Shown here one piece after another: positions 1 to 12,425 of a stretch of 64,000 bases of DNA. The notes under the pieces were generated by a model that saw only the letters and a program-made list of their open reading frames with translations, had not been told where the DNA came from and did not search any database. Position 1 is the first letter of the stretch. Every line of letters starts with the position of its first letter. A program made the position numbers and the translations under genes. Source of the stretch: Orbicella franksi (taxonomy: Eukaryota); contig OZ116701.1 of NCBI GenBank assembly GCA_964199315.1, positions 2,914,001-2,978,000 on the forward strand, written 5' to 3'.

Positions 1-1279
1 TCAAAACGGAATTGGCTCGAATACCAACCGCTGTTCAGGAAAGGAGCCACCGCTAGCAGACCAGACTCAGGAGACAGGTCTAAGCCTACAAAGGGAAATA
101 AGAGCGTTTCTTTTATTATTTCTTCGAGTGCACCGTAAAAGATACTTTGACAGCTAAAAATTGTGGCGTTCCGTCATGAACACCGTAAGTAAGGCCAGAG
201 TCCTTGGTTTATACCCCTCGGAGAGACGACGAAAATCCCCGACCTTTTCATGTGGGAGTTCCTCGGGCGACCCCGCTGTCTGGAGGATGCCCTTGATTCG
301 GACCTACAAGGTGTGTGACGACACAGAACAAAGATGGGTAATATGCGACCGACCCCGAAGAAAAACCACTTCCGCAAAGGATACCGGCGAAAGGACTTTA
401 TTTGCAAGGGAACCCCTGTCCGAAAAACCAGCATACTCCAACACTTGTGACTGTATGCTTAGCATCGAACGAGGTTTTCCTCCATGCTCGCTATGGAATT
501 CTGGATAAAAATCGACAAAGAACACAGTACACAGAATTTCACTTTACTTGTTTTGTTTTATTTGTTGTTTTGGACTTTGCCTTTTTGATGGTTTGATTTT
601 AGGCTGACATTTAGGTATATATACCAGAGGGACTTTTTTTGACAGCATTTTTAATTAGTCAGGATTGAGTTTGTTTTAAATCAGAGTAACAAATAGTTCA
701 TATACGTAATTTTGACATCTGGAAATAAATATAACACTGAAAAGGAAATGCTAAAAATGAACGTTTTGAAATTATTGCAACCTAAGTCAGAACATTTAAT
801 TTCATCAGTTCCGATCCAACATGGCTAGTTCAGAAGATCTCATTGAATTAAAACAGAGGGAAGATATTGTTCAAACCTGAGCCCTCGGTATAGCGAAACC
901 AGGCCCGATGGTGGCCAAGATTGTAGGTTACAACACAATCCACGGTCAACGCTACAAGTTGGCAGGCCATTTTATTTTGCCGAGACCACTTTAACTTAAG
1001 AAATACTAAAAGTATAAGTTGGTGAAAAATTTAAACTACTGATCATTGATGACTTAGAGAAGATGGCCCTCAACAGATCGGGCTGTCCTTCTTAGAATAC
1101 TTTATAATATACATATTTACATATTTACAACTATTTCACTGTAGGTATATACATCCATCGTTTCATTCTGTCTACTCTTTAACGGACGAATAATAAATAA
1201 CTTTGAATAACTGAATAAATAAACTTAATACTAAATCTGATCATCACGTGAAGAAACACTTGTTGGATAGACTGATAAA

Positions 1280-4200
1280 CTACTTGGTAGCCAAAAGGTA
1301 CTGTGGAGGTCCTTCTGGGTTCTTGTCAATGTTAGTCACCATGATCACAAATTCTGAGGAAGAAGAGATTAAAAGATTCAGGAAAAAAATCTACATAGAA
1401 AAGGCTTCTGACGGAGGTGGTAGGTGGTAGGTGGGGAGGGGGAGGGGTCCTTGAAGATGCTAACGGAGGCCGGCTGTATCAGTATCCACCACTTAAAAGG
1501 AGCTCAGTCACATCCTTTTGAGCTATTTTGGCCACGTACAAAATTACATTTACATTGAAGCAAACCTGAAAATAATGCGGTTTACCAAGACAGAAAGACA
1601 CCAAAGAAATAATAATAAACCATGATAGAACAAGCTTGGTTAAGGATGGAGAAGATTAACACGGATTACAAACTACGAACTTGGAAACATTTAGGTTAAA
1701 CTTTTCACGATGCGCAAACAGTGACGTGGCTCCTTTAACGCTCACATAATTACCTTCAAAGTTGATAAATCCATCTCCATTGAGGTCCGCTTCTCTCATC
1801 ATTTCACTGACTTCTTCCTCAGTTAGCTTCTCTCCCAAACTTGTCATGACCATACGAAGCTCTGAGTGACTGCCGCCAAACGTTTACAAAACATAAATAA
1901 CAACATAGCAAGTCAGGGGACATTATAGCTGCCTTTAGTTTTTAGATTGAAAGTGAGCTGACATTTTGAGAGCTAGCCTATTTAAGCCCTCGTCCGGGAG
2001 ATTGTATGTTAAGCGAGTGTTTGCATGAGGAACTGAACTATGTGGGAATGTTTGTTTTATCCTTTATTTTGTGGGGTTTTCTATCTTGCTCTGACGCAGT
2101 TCTCGCCAAGAAAGATCACCAACAGCCTGTGATTGATAGAATACCGGGAAGATTACGCTGTTCATTAGCTGCTATAAGCCAAGATTTGACATGGTAAATG
2201 TATGTTTTACAAGTGTCCTAAAATATTACGTGACTACTAAAACTCTGAAATAAAGTGGAAATGAAACAAGGGTTACGGCAAGCTGAGAAGAAAGGCAAGA
2301 ACAAAGGAACTAAAGTGGCACGCAAAGCAGAAAATAGCGGCGAAAAAAAACAACTGTAATACCCTACTTGATTGAAAGATTATTGTCATTAGTTAAACTA
2401 CAATGAGAGCCGATGATTTTTATTAAATATCGAGGCCACTACGCAGGAGAAATTTGAAAACGTAGCTTTATTTCCACGCTACCATCCACACTAATCCCCC
2501 ACGAAAAAGGAGCTTTAAAACGCTCTTCAAATCGGTGTAATTTGAAAACGCCGGCTTTGCGTTTTAGTGTGGACGGAAAACATTTTGAAAACGGAGCTTT
2601 TCGAAAACGATGGCGTCACGATTATCATGTGATTTCACTGTCAGAGTTTTCCTCAAACACAAATCCAAAATGACCGGTCATTGCTGCATTTTCATACTTC
2701 TCCTGGCTAGCGTGGACGAAAAACATTTGATGCGTTTTCAGAGTGAAAACACCGTTTTCAAATTTCTCCGGCGTAGAGTTCATCCCTGATGCAGATATCT
2801 TCTCACCTTATCTGTCCGTCTCCATTTTTATCAAAGACTCTGAATGCCTCACGCATTTCACTCTCAGTGTCACGAGCCTGCATCTGTTTCTTCATCATCA
2901 ACAGAAACTCATCGAAATCCACTTCACCGTTTCCTAAAGATGGCAGAGGACATTTTGTGTCATTAAATATATCTTATTAGCCAAATGCGAGGGGCGTACT
3001 GGAACAATAGGGAGCTAGGCAATGACGACGGCGACCCGGAGCACACCGAGGTTCATACAAAAAAGACATTCTCCCTGTAGGGTCCCGAGCAAGATTTGGT
3101 TAATACGAGATTAATTACACGACCGAAAATGTGTAGGAAAATAGCGGACTGGAAAATAGCGTGCAATTCTGATGGGGGAGCCGACAAAAGGCGTATCGCT
3201 CACGTCTGACGTTAAATAAAACAGAAGAAGAAAAAGAAGAGGAATCTCTTATTTTTGGAGCAAGTTTTTTCAGAAACATACGTAAGCCACGAAACTGTAC
3301 AGAAAATCTTCAAGAGTGATCGTGTGTGATCAGTCGCAACAGTGTCCGGTCCAATACTGAGAGAATATTGGACTGGCAATGAAGCAGTCTGATTGGTTGA
3401 TTTTAATTATTGGCCCTCTGATCTACCTTAGTAGTGTAATAACTCGGAATATAGGATCTCATCAGTCCTTATTCTTTTTGAAAGGTTCTGTAGGCAAGAA
3501 CACGTTCGCCTTGTACTTAATAACACTCGATCTGCGTCAAGTGATCACCAAGTTAAGGATTATGAAATCAAAACCGGCTTTCAAAGTGTTTCAAAGAATT
3601 CCTGCCGTCGTCCCGAATTTTCTCAAGCAGTCAAGGTTTTTTCAAACCGACTACTCTGCCCTCTAAGTGCCCCCCAAATATGGAAAGCTAAAAGTAAATA
3701 AAAACAAAAACGCCCTCAAAATATTTTGCAGATTTTGAAAGTCAATCTCTCCTTGAATATTACACCCAAAGAACTAACAATTTTACCAATTTACTAAGTT
3801 TTACCAGCTCTTTAAATGTTTGGCGCCAATTTGTGTCTAGCGTGATGCCTTCTCTGCGCAAAGTCGTATGTTAATGAGGCATAATGTAAACAATGACGTC
3901 AGCAAAGTTCACTCTGCTCTTTTGAACAGAGCTATAGAAAATTGGATTTTACCGAGGCGTTAATTAATATTATTTAAACGCAAAATGAATATCGAAAAGC
4001 CTCTGGTAAAAAAAACTGTAGCACCAACCTGTTAACTATGGGGTTAATTCCTTCAAAACATGGCTAATTAAAATAGTTCATTCAATAGCAAATCATTTGC
4101 AGTGAACTATACTTAGGTGTTAATTACTTGCCGAGTTTAAATGAACCTTAATTCAGACACCTCTGGGTATTTGTCTTTTGTATTTTTCTTTGTATCTTGA

Positions 4201-7200
4201 GACGACTTGCGGTCTCGCTGGCTAACCCAGCTTTTGTCTTGCTTATCGATATTTTATTTTTCCCATGAATATCGACAAAGTATCTTTAAACCATTCAACC
4301 AATGGAGCTGATAATGGCGCTGACTACAACTAGATAAAACAACAGGACTGAATCCGATGTTTACAACGTTAAACGTGCTAAAATGTCTACAAATTTGATG
4401 TTGTGAAGAGGAAAACTTGCAGTCGTAACACATGGAACGAAATAAAAAAGGATTTTTGTAGCCTCATTCATTGTTAGCCATCGTTGAAGTGACAAGGTAA
4501 CCCACTCTAAAATCTTGCGCTACTTCTTTGAGTATTTCTTTGTTCAACCATGCCTAATTACTGATGGCGCGAAAAAATCGTAATCTGGTGAATTCAAGGA
4601 TGAATTGCAGGTTATTCTTAGCGAAAAAATGTATTTATGAGCATGTGCTAAAGAAAAGGAAAAACTACAGCTGTGACACATATCAAGACCTATCAATCGT
4701 GGTTTGTCTGGTGACGCATGAGTATTTGCCACAGACATGACAACCCGTAGTAGAAGGCAAAAATACTGCGGACCAGTTTTGGAATGGTTTAACTACGGAT
4801 ATTTGATTTGTTCAGGCAAATTATTGACAGTGATTCGAAAAGCACACGCCTTAAAATGAGCAGGTTTCTATGTTTGAATCCAATACAAAAATTTTCTCAC
4901 TGTAGCCCGGTCCTCACTAGCGACGAAAGCATAAGCATAAGCATACGAAGGTGGTTATGCTTATATGTCGCGGCCGTCCCCCATGACTGACACATAAGCT
5001 TCTTATTCTTATGCTTATGCTTATGCTTTTGCTTACGTCGCTAGTGAGAACAGGGGTTTTGGCCGAAGTTTGTATTCAGCCATGTTCCTGTTTTGCTGTA
5101 CAGACACTGCAAAGTGCCAGCTGCCTTCTACTGATTTCAAGATGTAATTTCATTCTCAGGCGCTCTTTTAAGACTTGAAAGGCTTTGAGGAGGTCTACTG
5201 AAGCTATACATGAGACAAATACAAATCAATATAATTTTTCGAGGACGTATTGTTAATCCAAAACTAAGCCGACCAGCTGCAGACTTACTATGACATCTAA
5301 ATGACGTACTCAGTTTTGATTGGAAAGGCTCCAGTTTTCCTCAGTTGAGTAATTTATTTTCGTCACTTGTGCACTCTTTGCAGATTAAATTGTTTTGTAA
5401 GTTTTCTGTAAAAAGTGCAACTAAGTCTTCATTTTTAACTAAGAAGTGAGCATGTACTAAACACGTTCATTACATTCGACGCGGCACACGCCAGTACTGA
5501 TTACATCAAGTGCAAATTCAAAACGTGATGCTGGATCGGGTCAAGTGAGAAAGCTTTGTTGTGATATATTGCACGGTTTTGTCACTTCCTAATCACAGAT
5601 CTCGTTTTCCTACGTTTTATTTCAATCAAGAGAAAACTATGATCTCCTCTAAATGTCGTGAGGTAACGAAGTCTCAACAGCGATATAAAAACAGATAACA
5701 CTTAATTTTACTTACTAGTTAACTTCCCTTCCAATTTCATTTTTTTTAAAAACAATAAGCTATTTTTTAGTTGAAATGTTTTGTACCATTTTGGGGCAAA
5801 GTTTGACTGTTTTCGCTTTTATTTCACGCTCTTAGCTTGTTTTTCTTGTTTCATCACGAAACCAAAAGAAATTGATGTCTCGCAAGCGTCTTATAGACAC
5901 TTAGCATAGAACAAACAAGTCCAAAACATATTTAGCCTTGACCCCTTTATTGTTGAGAATGATTTTTAAAAAGATGCGGTTTTCAGAGCCAATTAGCATG
6001 GCAAAGATAGATGTACTAGAGTTTAGTCTTTGATCGATTGAGAAATACAGCCCCCAAAAATTATAAGATTATCACTTTTATCTTGGTCACACGTTTGGTG
6101 GGATTTTATTCCGTTTAAAACTATCTCATTAGTGTCTATTTATGTTTATTTATCGTATACGATCTGGAATTTCCAAAAGCCTAAGAAAAACGTGCGTTGC
6201 GTATGCAAATATATCTTTTTTATTTGATCTGCCGATGAAATGAATATATGCGAAGGATAAAAGGCATTCAATTTGCCTGATATTACAGAGCAAACACACT
6301 GGCAATTTCTTCCGATTGAAATTATGTAATATTTCCATGTTAAAATTGTGTTATTTACCTGCGGCTTTTCACTGTAAGCCTAGTTTTATTTAGCAAAATA
6401 TTATGTTAAGAAAATTTGGAGGTATCCCTTGAATCGAAAACAAGCTATTTTCAATTTTTGAGTGAATTATTTAGTTTTACGACAAAAAGAAAAGTATTTC
6501 TAGTTTGAAAGGTAGTCTTAAATAATTCTGAAAATAGCCAATGACATTATTCTAGCAGTTTAGGGGGCGCTAACGAGAAGAAAGGAAAAAGTTTGCAAGA
6601 GGATTAATTAATTTTGAGAATCCTCCTGCATTTAAAATTAAAAATAGCAGGAATACGTGTTTTTCTTCGGCTCATTGGAAAGCAAAATCAATTTCCTTAA
6701 AAGGGATTTGGAAGTTGAAAGTAGAAAGTTTTCATCCTAAGGATAAGCTTTCATTATGTTAATCGGAAAATTATTGAGAGTAGACAGAAAAAATTGCAGT
6801 GACAGAACTCATCTCTCCATTAAGTATGAAAGATATCTAAGTGCGAAGTAGAAACATGATCAAATTCTCAAATAATAGCGCTCGGTAAAACGCGGGGCTC
6901 GAAATTAGACTGTAACAACTAAATATCTGATTGCCCGGGCTGCAATATTTGTTTTATTAGTGCGCTGGTTGGTGGGTTATTAACTTCAGAATTTATATTC
7001 GGTTTTTTTTTTTTACTGTAGGGGCAGAACCGTATCCTACAGTGTTAAAAAGTGTACGAAAACAAAACATTTCACACTGCATGTAATCCTTCAGATAGTT
7101 TTGGTTATCACGTTTTGTGCCAATGTTTTGCAATTTGCCCAAAACATATATATCAACCCGTGCCTAAAACTAGTTAAACTTTTTATAATCCAATTTTTAA

Positions 7201-7894
7201 CCAGATTAAAAATTACTTGGATCTTTAGATCAGAATTTCGACGAGAGCATTTGCAGCAGCTTTCAAACATGTCAAGATTTCTGTCGGCTGACAATTAAGT
7301 TTAAGGAGTGATACCTTCAAGTAAGTTAGCATTTAAAACGAAACCAATTTACCGTCTACATCAACTTCGCGTATCATTTCCTGAAGTTCGTCTTCAGTGG
7401 GGTTTTGTCCAAGGGACTTCATGACGACTTCGAGCTCTTCATTGGAAATAGTGCCGCTACCATCTTTGTCGAAGAGCGAAAACGCTTCGCGTAATTCTGA
7501 ACAGGAGAAGAGTTCAGTACAAATTCATTATTACCGATTCGTTCTGGTCTGAGCAGCTTTCAGAACTTGTAATGTTACAATCAAAATATAAATGACATCT
7601 CCAGAGATGTTTCAATGTCTTACCGTTAATTTGTTCCTCTGTAAGTTGGCGCTCGACCTGACAAAAGAGGAACACAGAATACACAGGATCAGGGTGAGTT
7701 TAAGTGTTTAGTACGAAAAAGAGAAATCGAAATACGCAGTCTCCAAAACTCCAGACCTAGCTGGCTTGCACTTCGCGTAGGCTTTCGATGACACTCCGTT
7801 GTGAGAAAACATTTGAAAGCGGCGCTTGTTAGACCAGCAATCAAAGCAGTAGCAAAATTGTATTCGCAAAATGACGCTATCGTTTGCTTACCAT
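1280..7894 (-). CDS. Calmodulin-like protein A (4 EF-hands, 165 aa, 6 coding exons)
   Basis: Exons 7892-7894 (ATG|gtaagc), 7624-7657, 7353-7496, 2807-2933, 1754-1869 and 1280-1353; all GT-AG and phase-consistent; total 498 nt. Translation: [165 protein letters not shown]. The ATG-only first exon and 144-bp third exon are typical of calmodulin genes. Confidence 0.93.
2434..2788. mobile_element. PIF/Harbinger-like MITE (degraded ends) in intron 4 of calmodulin-like A
   Basis: Internal sequence clearly homologous to the copies at 17272-17649 and 62447-62804 (gaaaacgtagctttatt...ccacactaatcc...gaaaacggagcttt...gataatcatgtgattt). Confidence 0.75.
4905..5056. mobile_element. ~150-bp palindromic MITE
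   Basis: Arms cccggtcctcactagcgacgaaagcataagcataagcata and tatgcttatgcttatgct...cgtcgctagtgagaacagggg are inverted repeats. Confidence 0.75.
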
Positions 7895-8049
7895 GTTTTT
7901 TACTCGTAGAAGTGAAGGAACCTTTCGCCGTACGGTTCATACACCTTGGTTTGTGGTGGACAAACGCGCTCGATAATAAACAGCTCGCAGCTCGTAGCAA
8001 TCAACACATACAGTCAAATTCGCATAAATTTTCAATGTTTTGCTGCTTC

Positions 8050-8057
8050 TGACGTCA
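8050..8057. promoter_or_regulatory. Perfect CRE palindrome TGACGTCA ~155 bp upstream of the calmodulin-like A ATG
   Basis: Motif seen directly; function is inferred only. Confidence 0.35.
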
Positions 8058-11000
8058 TCGCGTTTTGGAAGCCTCCCGAACACTCCGAACTAATTTCCAT
8101 TTTCAATGTAATGACGCGACTGAACACCTGTATACAAATATAATACTTGTGTTTGATTGGATGCAGAGCAAAGAATAGGTTTGTATTCTCATTACAAAAA
8201 CACCAGTAGCCACATAGACGACGTTTCCTCTTATTATTTTGTCTGTGAACGTTGAATTTCCCCGTCATCCACATTAATCTTTTAAACCATTACAGAAAGG
8301 TCCCACTCTTTTGCAATTGAAAAACTTGCAAAAATACTCGCTGAGCACTTGACTTGCTGTTAAATCCTTTGAGAACAAGAATGAAAAACAAAGCTTTGGT
8401 CGAAATGACTTGATTTGAAAAATAATGACCTCCTTTTCATTTGCGAGGTGTCAGCGACCGAAAATAGCCGAGCCCCGATCAGCCAGTCCCTCAAGGCAAA
8501 GGAAAGCGACTAACATTTAGTTTTCCGGAAAGCGATCGATAAGTTATTGAATAACGTCTCATGCACTGCGTTTAGATGAAGCATTACGATAGCTTTGAGG
8601 CTGGACAATTGTGACTTGTCAAGTAAATCATAGAATTGTATTATATTTTGTCGCGGACGTTAAATATTTGTGAAGAATAACAAGGAAATTTCTCTCCATT
8701 AGCAACTAAGGGAGACATGTTGAATAATCAAACCTCGAGGGCAATTTAATAGGTGTAGGAAAAGTGGAAGTTTTATAATAGTGAGATAAAACGAAAAAAA
8801 GGTAGCAGTATACGAAAACAACAGTAAACATTTAAATACGTAGTATATGTGAGAACTAGCTGTAGATTCTAACTTTTTCCTGAAAATTTTAGCCCATTTT
8901 CTCAGTCTGAACAGCCAAATACAGTCCTTCAGTTTTTCTTTTCCTGGCGCTGTTCGAGAGAAAATCGTATCTTTCTTCTTTCATTTCCTTCCCTTATTTT
9001 TCAAAATAATCTTTCAATCTTTTTCGCGTAGTTCCCATGCAAATGAGATTATCACATATTACTGCAGAGTGAAGAAGTTTCAGGTTTTCTTTTGGGTATT
9101 CACACGTTCCTAATGAGTTTTTTTACCATAAAGGAAAACTGCAAGACTTAGACATTTTTTCTGACTTCTCCACATGGATTACTTAGACTTTTTCCAATGA
9201 TTCAAATTGCGTGTTCATATGAAAATTCCCTGAAGGCAGAAATTAAGAGAAATATTCCTCTTTGAAGACATTACGTCGGTTCTTTCTTTCATCTGTCAAA
9301 ATATTTGCATTAGCTGTATCAACAGTTATTGTTCACTAGCGTTCAGTGACTAAAGCCGCCTAAGTCTGGTTAGATGTTTGTCTTGCTTATTAAGCCGTGA
9401 GCAGAACTGCGTGCAGTGACAGATCGAAACTTTTGAAAGTTGACTATAGATAAATATTCAGCAATAATTATCACTTAAGAGGAACTACGAAAGAAACCGG
9501 ATGCGATGTCTCCTCAAAACAAATTTTAGAGTGGAAGAAGGTAAAACCTCACAGAGGGTTACTTGGGTTATCGTATACCCGTGTGCAAATCACGGAGATG
9601 CTTTCCTTTAAGGAGATACCATAAAGATCCGAAAGTAACGACCCTCGTTACTTGTACTTTGACTATTTTCAGAATTACCAGCCTTAGGAGCTCGCTACTT
9701 CCGGGGGTAGCTACGGTCGCGTCGGGGAGCAAACAACATTATGTAATGTGTACAAAAGACGGAATCCTTGAAACATGACATGAAATTCTTTCTTTCAGTT
9801 TGAATTTACCATGTCTGTCTATGTCTAGACCGTGTTGTCAGTGGTCAGCAGAAGAGCTAGCCAGACATCGTAAACTGTTTCTACATCATGCCGCGAACTA
9901 CATGCTACGTGACTCTGCTGTATCAAGATTTCACTGCGCTGGTCGAGTTGTCAATTTTAATTTGAAGAAAACTTCCTCTTAGTACATTACTGTTATTTGA
10001 TGGACATTTCGGGGGTTTTAGGTTTACACGGCGCAACATGAACTGATGAAGCACAAATAGGCCACTTTCGATATATCAAAATTCAGCTTGATAGTAAGGC
10101 CTAGAGGACACAAACAAAAGAAATGAATAAACACGGTTATTCAATTTCTTTTGTTTGTGCTTGTCTTGCTCATTTCTGGTTGGGAGGGGTGGAGGGGGGG
10201 GGGGGCAGCGTGGAGGCGGACTCGCCTCTTTCGGGGGGGTCGTTAGTTTTGGGATAATACGGTACATCTTTTGAATAGAGATCCATTTATAGACTTCATT
10301 ATGTATCGCTGATAGTGTGACTAGAAGGGCAATTAACAACGAGACACACGAAAGTGTTAAATATCAAGGGTTAAATTTATTCCAATCATGAGCGTAAACA
10401 GCACATAAATCACTGGGTTACATTCTAATGCCAAAGAAGTTAGTTTTAATTGAAACATCTTTGTTATGAGACTACAATGCAGTTCATAATAAGTTAGTTC
10501 TTATAACGTATACTTTCCACATCCATCTCAAATTGGTCTCACCCATTTTCGTTTCCTTTCTTGAAGCTGATTGGCAAGAGGACAGTGTAATGAGACAGAA
10601 TTAAACACTGTATAATTATCAAATCAATAAACCATAAAACTATATATGAATGTTAATGCTATTTCTTGGGCGAAAGACCGTCTTTTTTGTTCAGTTTAAA
10701 TATATGATATGCAAGTCGATTTAAAGCAACGACACGAAGTTGGCGAAGTTAAAATCCAGCGATTCTGTTAAGAATCGCTTTACATTTCTCACTAACTTGA
10801 ATAACTTAATTGTCTATGAATAATACCAAAATGAATCTTGCAATACGCGCGTGATTGTCTATTCAAAAGCTTACCAATTAAGAATAAGTAACTAACATTA
10901 ACAATTAACTAAATATGACTATGCCGTAATCATAGGAAGGCGAAAAAAATATACTTTGAAACAACTCACTTTTCTGTCGAATAGTTGTTGTAAGCTAAAA

Positions 11001-12425
11001 AAGGCATATACAGACAAGACGTAGTATAAAAATTACGCCCTTGAAGAAAGTTTAGTCACCACACCTTTCACCACTGGGCTAGGATCTTCTCAGGCATGCA
11101 ACTCTAAGATCCTTTCCGTTCGGATTAGCTGGCGCCATCTTAGATTTGAACAGAGGAGACCCTGGGGTGAAGTTTGCTCCACGAACAAATTTGCGCATAC
11201 GTGTTTCATTACAAATGATTCATTTCTGTAAATAGCGACTTCCAGTTTAAAACAATTAATTTCTCTGTGCTAAAAAAAACATGAATTAAGCTACTGCGCG
11301 TAATGGTTTTATTTTCTCCTTCGTAATCCATCTAAATCTTTCTTAGTCGAAGTCATCCTTGTCTAGGTTGTCAAGTTTTTCATTACTCTACCATAGGAAA
11401 CTATTATTTTGAGATTCAATTTCAAAATAATCAGAAAAATGACTTGAAATATTGTGACATTGGTCATTTATTACAAAATCATTAAGCACTATTTACCAGG
11501 TGTGGTATTCTTAATTTCCTTGCTGCTATCTATTTTTTTTTATCATAATCAACTCTGAATAACTATGAGGAGTTAACTCGAAAACCATGTGGTTACTTTA
11601 GCTTTCTCTAGACTCCAATTACTTTCCTTAGAATTTTGTTTAATCAACTTGTAATCTGATGTGTATAATTCTTGTCCTGAAATTTATGTTAGTGTGAGTC
11701 CATAAAGATTATTGTTGTTGTTGTTGTTGTTAAGATGTAACTTCTAAATCTGCTTTATATGAATGCCAGCGGTTAATATAAATATAAGACTAATGAATAA
11801 TCAAATGAAGTTTAACTGAACTGTAAATGTCAGCATTACTGAATTTACTCAAGAGAGATAGATACTAACATCACATTGAAAAATGGATGAACGAAATAAG
11901 CGCCCCGAACTTGCTCCCTTTCAAAATAAAAATTAACTAAAATATAACATTAAAACGTTTCAGTTTAATGTACTATCAAAATATCAATTTAGAAGTTAAA
12001 AAGAAAAGACTTATCCTTATGTTCAATTATTTCATTTAAACGTATGTTAGAGGTAAAGCTGAGACCACTATTGTGCAAGTCAAGCCTAACCGTGCATAAA
12101 CACAACAATGTATACTTCATTTCGAAGTTAAAACAAATCTTGATATTTCAAACTACATTCGCTAATGTAACGCGTTAACCAGGCAACATTTGAACAGCAA
12201 CTGATAATAAGTGTAATGTCTTCTTGTTACAAGACAGTGTCAAACCAGCGTCTTTTTACAACATACTCCTTCTCCCCCTTAACAAACACTCGTCAAAATT
12301 TTGCTAGGATCTTTTATCTTCTTGTCAAGTGGCGGTGCATTCTGAGGGACAAGTGCAATAATTGCCACCAAGCGTTGAAAAGGTTTCACCTTCAAGCAAG
12401 GTTATGTTAAATCTCAGAAGTTGCT

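Noticed and set aside
161-508. 115-aa ORF as a retroelement RT or endonuclease
   Set aside because: Only faint, inconsistent resemblance to LINE/PLE motifs across frames; it could not be assigned.
7689-8052. 103-aa and 83-aa ORFs
   Set aside because: They overlap the calmodulin-like A first exon, promoter and intron 1; no coding signature.
10076-10339. Proline-rich ORF
   Set aside because: Comes from G-runs within repeat-like intergenic sequence; no splice or homology support.
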